Source: Malacoraja senta
Taxonomy: Eukaryota
Length of the DNA stretch: 64,000 bases
NCBI GenBank assembly: GCA_038087875.1
Contig: CM075992.1
Coordinates: 8,434,001-8,498,000, forward strand
Direction of reading: 5' to 3'
Shown one piece after another: positions 58,101-64,000 of the stretch. The position numbers and the translations under genes were made by a program. Position 1 is the stretch's first letter. Each line of letters starts with the position of its first letter. The notes under the pieces are model-generated. The model ran no database searches. It was not told the origin of the DNA and saw only the letters and a list, made by a program, of their open reading frames with translations.

Positions 58101-61100
58101 AGATCAATGATGAGTGATGAACCAGCATTACAAGGTTAATTCCCGGGATGGCGGGACTGTCATATGCTGAGAGAATGGAGCGGCTGGGCTTGTATACTCT
58201 GGAGTTTAGAAGGATGAGAGAGGATCTCATTGAAACATATAAGATTGTTAAGGGTTTGGACACGCTAGAGGCAGGAAACATGTTCCCGATATTGGGGGGA
58301 GTCCAGAACCAGGGGCCACAGTTTAAGAATAAGGAGTAATCCATTTAGAACGGAGAAGAGGAAATACTTTTTCTCACAGAGAGTGGTGAGTCTGTGGAAT
58401 TCTCTACCTCAGAGGGCGGTGGAGGCAGGTTCTCTGGATGCTTTCAAGAGAGAGCTAAATAGGGCTCTTAAAGATAGCGGAGAGGGGATATGGGGAGAAG
58501 GCAGGAACGGGGTACTGATTGGGGATGATCAGCCATGATCACATTGAATGGCGCTGCTGGCTCAAAGGGCCGAATGGCCTACTCCTGCACCTATTGTCTA
58601 TTGTCTAACATCGCATACTCTACCTCCTCCCCAACGATGTCCATTTACACAGAGAAGGTGACTTTAAATCCATCCGATCACAGATCGAACCCACGGCCCT
58701 TGAAATGTTAAACTTGGGATTTGAATGATGGGTTTTCCCGATGAGGAAGGCTGGGACTTCCTTTCCATTGGATCACCACGCTTGTTTGGGACAGATAGGA
58801 GCTGGGGATTGACGTGTGCCTGGTGTCCTGGGGCCAAGGGAGGAGTGGGGGGGGGGGGGAAGGCTGCGGCCTTCAGATAGAGGGCAGAGAGAGGCCTCCT
58901 GTGTTATCAATCCACAGAGCCTGGCGTCATGCGAGCGAGAACCTCTATCAGCAGAGAGCAGACGTCCGCGGGGGAATCTGTGTCCCGCTAATCAGACGTA
59001 GGCGTAAGGGGATAAACGGGCTTTAGCCCAGTCTGGGCCACAGCTGATTATAGATGTGCGGCACATTACCACGGAATTTAGAGTTGAGAGATACAGCGTG
59101 GAAACAGGCCCTTCAGCCCACCATCCATGCTGACCAACGATCGCCCCGCACACCAGCACTGTCCAACACACTGCGGACAACTTCCAATTTTAACCAAAGC
59201 CAAATTAATCTTTGGAATGTGGGAAGAAACCGGAGAACCTGGAGAAAACCCACGCAGGTCACAGGGAGAACGTGCAAACTCCGCACAGACAGCAGTCAAG
59301 ATCAAATCCGGGTCTCTGGCGCTGTAAGGCAGCAACTCTACCGCTGCGCCACCCTTGAGACCGTCCGACCCTGAACCTAACCACACATTTGCAGATGACA
59401 ATGAACTTGACCTGCGTTGTTGATATACGAGACTGCAGATGCTGGAACCTTGAGTAGAATGATACAATGATACCATTTATTTGTTGTCATTTGGTTCAAA
59501 CGAAATTTGGTTTCTGCAGTCATACAAACAAGTAGAAGAACCAAGACACTACACAATTTACACAAACATCCATCACAGCGAATCTCCTCCTCGCTGTGAT
59601 GGAAGGCAAAGTCTTCTCCTCCCGATGTCAGAGTTCCGCGGCCATTAAAGCCACGCCGGGCGATGCAAGGCCGCGCTCCGGGTCTTGATGTTGGAGCCCC
59701 CGGCGGGCGCTAGCAAGTCCCGCGGCCATTAAAGCTCTTGAATCGGCAAAGCACAGAAAGGCAATGGACAATGAGCTGATAAATGGGATTAGTGTATAGA
59801 GATGGCCAGTAGAGATAGGAGGAGCAAAGGATCTGTATGCTGTCTGACTGAAACACTCAGGGGTTAGAATCCCAATGCTGAGTGCTGGCGGAACTCAACG
59901 GGTCAGGTATCATCTCTGGAGGGCATGGATAGTCAAACATGATACCATAGCAGGGTTCAGAAAAGATTTACGAGGATGTTGCCAGGACTAGAGGGTGTGA
60001 GCTATCGGGAGAGGTTGAGGAGGCTGTGTCTCTATTCCATGGAGCGCAGGAGGATGAGGGGTGATCTTATAGAGGTGTACAAAATCATGAGAGGAATAGA
60101 TCGGGTAGATGCACGGAGTCTCTTGCCCAGAGTAAGGGAATCGAGGACCAGAGGACATAGATTTAAGGTGAAGGGGAAAGATTTAATAGGAATCCGAGTG
60201 GTAACTTTTTCACACAAAGGGTGGTGGGTGTATGGAACAAGCTGCCAGAGGAGGTAGTTGAGGCTGGAACTATCCCATTGTTTAAGAAACAGTTGGACAT
60301 GTACATGGATAGGACAGGTTTGGAGGGATATGGACCAAGCGCAGGCAAGTGGGACTAGGGTAGCTGGGACATGTTGGCCGGTGTGGGCGAGTTGGGTCGA
60401 AGGGCCTGTTTCCACACTGTATCACTCTATATACCACGGACCTGCTTTTTCCCCATATCTCTTGATTCTGACATATCATGATATATGATATCAAATCCAA
60501 GCATCATTCTGGTAAACCTCCTCTGCACCCTCTCCAGAGGCTCCACAAACTTGTGATTTGAGGCCAGGGCAGCAAGGAGCCTATTACAGAAAGGACAAGA
60601 CATCATACACAGCTCTGAGGGGTAGACTCCACATCCTTCCTGTATTAGGATGACCAGAACAGCACGCTCCACTCCAAATGCGGGCTGACCAAAGTCTTGT
60701 AAAGCTGCCTCTTATACTCAATGCGCTGACCAATGAAGGCTGGCATATCATATGCCTTCTTTACCACACTCAGCATTGACTGAACGGAATTTTTAAAATA
60801 AAACTAGGTAAAGTATTCACGGTTGTGTGCAAGAGCAGAGGCGGATCATATGGCCTCATCTACTTCATTGGCTTTGGAGATACAGCATGGAAACAGGCCC
60901 TTCGGCCCACTGAGTCTATGTTATCCCACTTTCTGATCCACTCCCTACGCACTAGGGGCAATTTACAGAGGGCCGATTAACCTACAAACCCGCACATCTT
61001 TGGGACATGGGAGGAAACCAGAGCACCTGGAAGAAACTCACGCAGGTCACAGGGAGAGTGTGCAAACTCCACACAGACAGCACTGGAGGTCAGGATGGAA

Positions 61101-61610
61101 GCCGGGTCTCTGGTGCTGTGAGGCAGAGGGAGCCCATTACATAGCAACTCCCTCCCCCATCTTCTGGCAGGTTTGTCAACCCAAGAGGGGTCCCGACCCA
61201 AAACGTCGCCCATTCCTTCTCTCCAGAGATGCTGCCTGTCCCGCTGAGTTGAGTTACTCCAGCATTCTGTGTCAGTCAGTGGATATTTTTAAGGCAGAGA
61301 TAGATAGATTCTTGATCAGTACGGGTGTCAGGGGTTACGGGGGGAAGGCAGGAGAATGGGGTTAGGAAGGAGAGACAGATCAGCCATGATTGAATGGCGG
61401 AGTAGACATGAGGTGTAGACACAGGTTACAGCAAGATTGGTTCACAGAGATATCTCGGTCACGGAGTTTGTGGCTGTGCCGAGAGAGAAACTGGTCAGCA
61501 CTTACACCTGGCTTCCAGTGGTCAATAGAACCCACACGGACATTCTCCCCCCTCTGATCAGCTGGAGGTGGTGACGTCACACTCACAATCCCACAAATGC
61601 CCGCAGTCTG

Positions 61611-62205
61611 CGCACACCAACGTCTCTACTTCCTCAGAGGGCTCGTCCCCTACAACTCTCACCAACTTCTACAGATGCACCATAGAAAGCATTTTATCGG
61701 TGTGCATCACAGCGCGGTTTGGGAACAGCTCCATCCAAGACCGCAAGAAATTGTAGAGAGTAGTGGACGCAGCCCAGACCATCACACAAACCAACCTCCC
61801 TTCCATTGACTCCATCTACACCTCACGCTGCCTCGGCAAGGCCAGCAGCATCATCAAGGACCAGTCTCACTCCCTCTTCTCCCCTCTCCCATCGGGCAAA
61901 AGGTACAGAAGTGTGAAAACGCACACTTCCAGATTCAGACACTTTCTTCCCAGCTGTTATCAGGCAACTGAATCATCCTACCACAACCAGAGAGCAGTGC
62001 TGAACTACCATCTACCTCATTGGTGACCCTCGGACTATCCTTGATCAGACTTTGCTGGCTTTACCTTGAACTAAATGTTATTCCCTCATCATGTATCTAC
62101 ACACTGTAAATGGCTCGATTGTAATCATGTATTGTCTTTCCACTGACTGGTTAGCACGCAACAAAAGATTTTCACTGTACACGTGACAATAAACGGAACT
62201 GAACT
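61611..62205 (+). mobile_element. Rex1/Babar-like LINE 3' fragment, example (others ~11363-11716, 31875-32110, 37745-37925, 46140-46370, 55775-56350, and the host of the Tc1 element)
   Basis: AHQRLYFLR...LTNFYRCTIESIL..CITA.FGN...DRKKL...LPSIDSIYTSRCL.KASSIIKD...LFSPLPSG.RYRS. Confidence 0.8.
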
Positions 62206-64000
62206 AAATCTGAAATGTTCACCCTGTTGTAAGAAGGATGTTGTTAAACTGGAAAGGGTTCAGAAAAGTTGATATTGATGCATGAGGATGTTGCCAGGAC
62301 TCGAGGGCCTGAGCTATAGGGAGAGGTTAAGCGGGCTAGGACTTTATTCCATGGAGTGCAGGAGGATGAGGGGTGATCTTATAGACGTATATAAGATCAT
62401 AGGAGGAATAGCTAGGGTAAATGAACAGTCTTTTACCCAGAGTAGGGGAGTCGAGACCCAGGGGACAGGGGGGTGAGGGGGGGGAAAGATTTAACATGGA
62501 GATCGTGCAAACTCCACACAGACAGCACCCAAGGTCAGGATCGAATCCTACTCAATACGGCACGGTGGCGCAGCGGTAGAGTTGCTGCCTCATGCCGCCA
62601 GAGACTCGGGTTCGATCCCGACTACGGGCGCTGTCTGTACGGAGTTTGTACGTTCTCCCCGTGAACTGCGTGGGTTTTCTCCGAAATTGTGTGGTTTCCT
62701 CCCACAGTCCAAAGACGTACAGGTTTGCAGGTTAATTGGCTTGGTGTAAATGTAAATTGTCCCTAGCGTGTGTGGGGTAGTGTTAGTGGGCAGGGATCGC
62801 TGGTTGGTGCGGACTAGGTGGGCTTGTTTCCGCACCGTATCTCTAAACTAAACTGAACGACAGAGGGACAGGCATTCAGACAGTCATAAGGTCATAAGGA
62901 ATAGGAGTAGAATTAGGCCATTCGGCCCATCAAGTCTACTCTGCCATTCAATCATGGCTGATCTATCTCTCCCTCCTAACCCCATTCTCCTGACTTCTCC
63001 CCATAACGTCTAACTGGCAGTGAGCCCCAGGGTGGTTCAATGCCAATGGCGGGTGAGGTGGGCATGGTGACAGAGGGTAGATTGTAGTCTGCCGCCCATG
63101 CATCACACACGGGTGGTCCGTTTCCGCCTGCCCATTGTGCCAGCGGAGATTGCAGTTGTACAATACAGCACAGAACAATGGAGGTGACTCATCAGCAACC
63201 TCGCCTCAAGAAGCCAGAGGCAGTCACTTCCAGGAAATGTTCGACAAACTTGGCCAAATTCTCCCTTATCTCACAACTCGATTTTACACTGACTAATCCA
63301 ACTTCTATTTAAACTATGTTCCCGTCTAGTTCTAGAGATAATATTCCTTTCCTTGGTGTGTTTAGTTTAGTTTAGCGATACAGCGCGGAAACAGGCCCTT
63401 CAGCCCACCGGATCCGCACCGACCAGCGATCCCCGCACACTAACGCTATCCTACACACACTAGGGACAATTTACAATTTTACCAAGCCAATTCGCATACA
63501 AACCTGTACGCCTTTGGAGTGTGGGAGGAAACCAGAGCACCCGGAGAAAACCCACGCAGGTCACGGGGAGAACGTACAAACTCCGTACATACAGCGGCCA
63601 TAGTCAGGATCGAACCCGGGTTTCTGGCGCCCATGTTCCTATTAAATCTTTCCCCTTTCATCTTAAACCCATGTCCTCTGGTTCTCGATTCCCCTACTCT
63701 GGGCAAGAGACAATGTATGCCTGCTCAATCTATTCCTGTAATGATTTTATGCACCTCAAGAAGTTCACCCCTCATCCTCCTGCGCTGCAAGGAATAGTCG
63801 GAGCCCACTCAACCTCTCTCTATAGCTTACTTGTCACCCTCTATAGAAAATAACTTGCCCCTGCACATCTCCTAGTGGCGCAGCGGCAGAGTTACTGCCT
63901 CTCAGCGCCAGAGACCCGGGTTCGATCCTGACTACGGGTGCTGTCTGTACGCAGTTTGTACGATCTCCATGTGACCTTGTGTGGGTTTTATCCAATAACT

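Overview
Eukaryotic, very repeat-rich DNA. The HE1-like tRNA SINEs and CR1/HER1-like LINE tails point to a cartilaginous fish, probably a skate or ray (inference). Two adhesion-GPCR genes of the ADGRE (EMR/CD97) type face each other tail-to-tail; I rebuilt both by hand from splice signals and intron phases. Gene 1 (+) has 12 exons from <1 to 27202 and covers the stalk, GAIN/GPS, 7TM and C-tail. It carries two 1-nt frameshifts and an RL|T rather than HL|T cleavage site. Gene 2 (-) has 7 exons from 41508 to 33573 and covers the signal peptide, 2 EGF-like domains and the N-terminal GAIN; it runs into a 200-N gap, and no GPS or 7TM exons are visible beyond it. Introns and intergenic DNA hold a DIRS tyrosine-recombinase retrotransposon with both ends (14813-19587), a Passport-like Tc1 element (48116-49705), a 5'-truncated L1/Tx1 LINE, 5 hAT MITEs, 4 PIF/Harbinger-type MITEs and a TA-flanked MITE. 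They also hold Rex1/Babar and CR1 fragments, many Penelope-like 3' ends with minimal hammerhead ribozyme cores, a 118-bp telomeric-repeat insertion with a 9-bp TSD, and several minisatellites. Most ORFs in the supplied track are spurious readings of repeats. All family assignments come from motif recognition, not from database searches.
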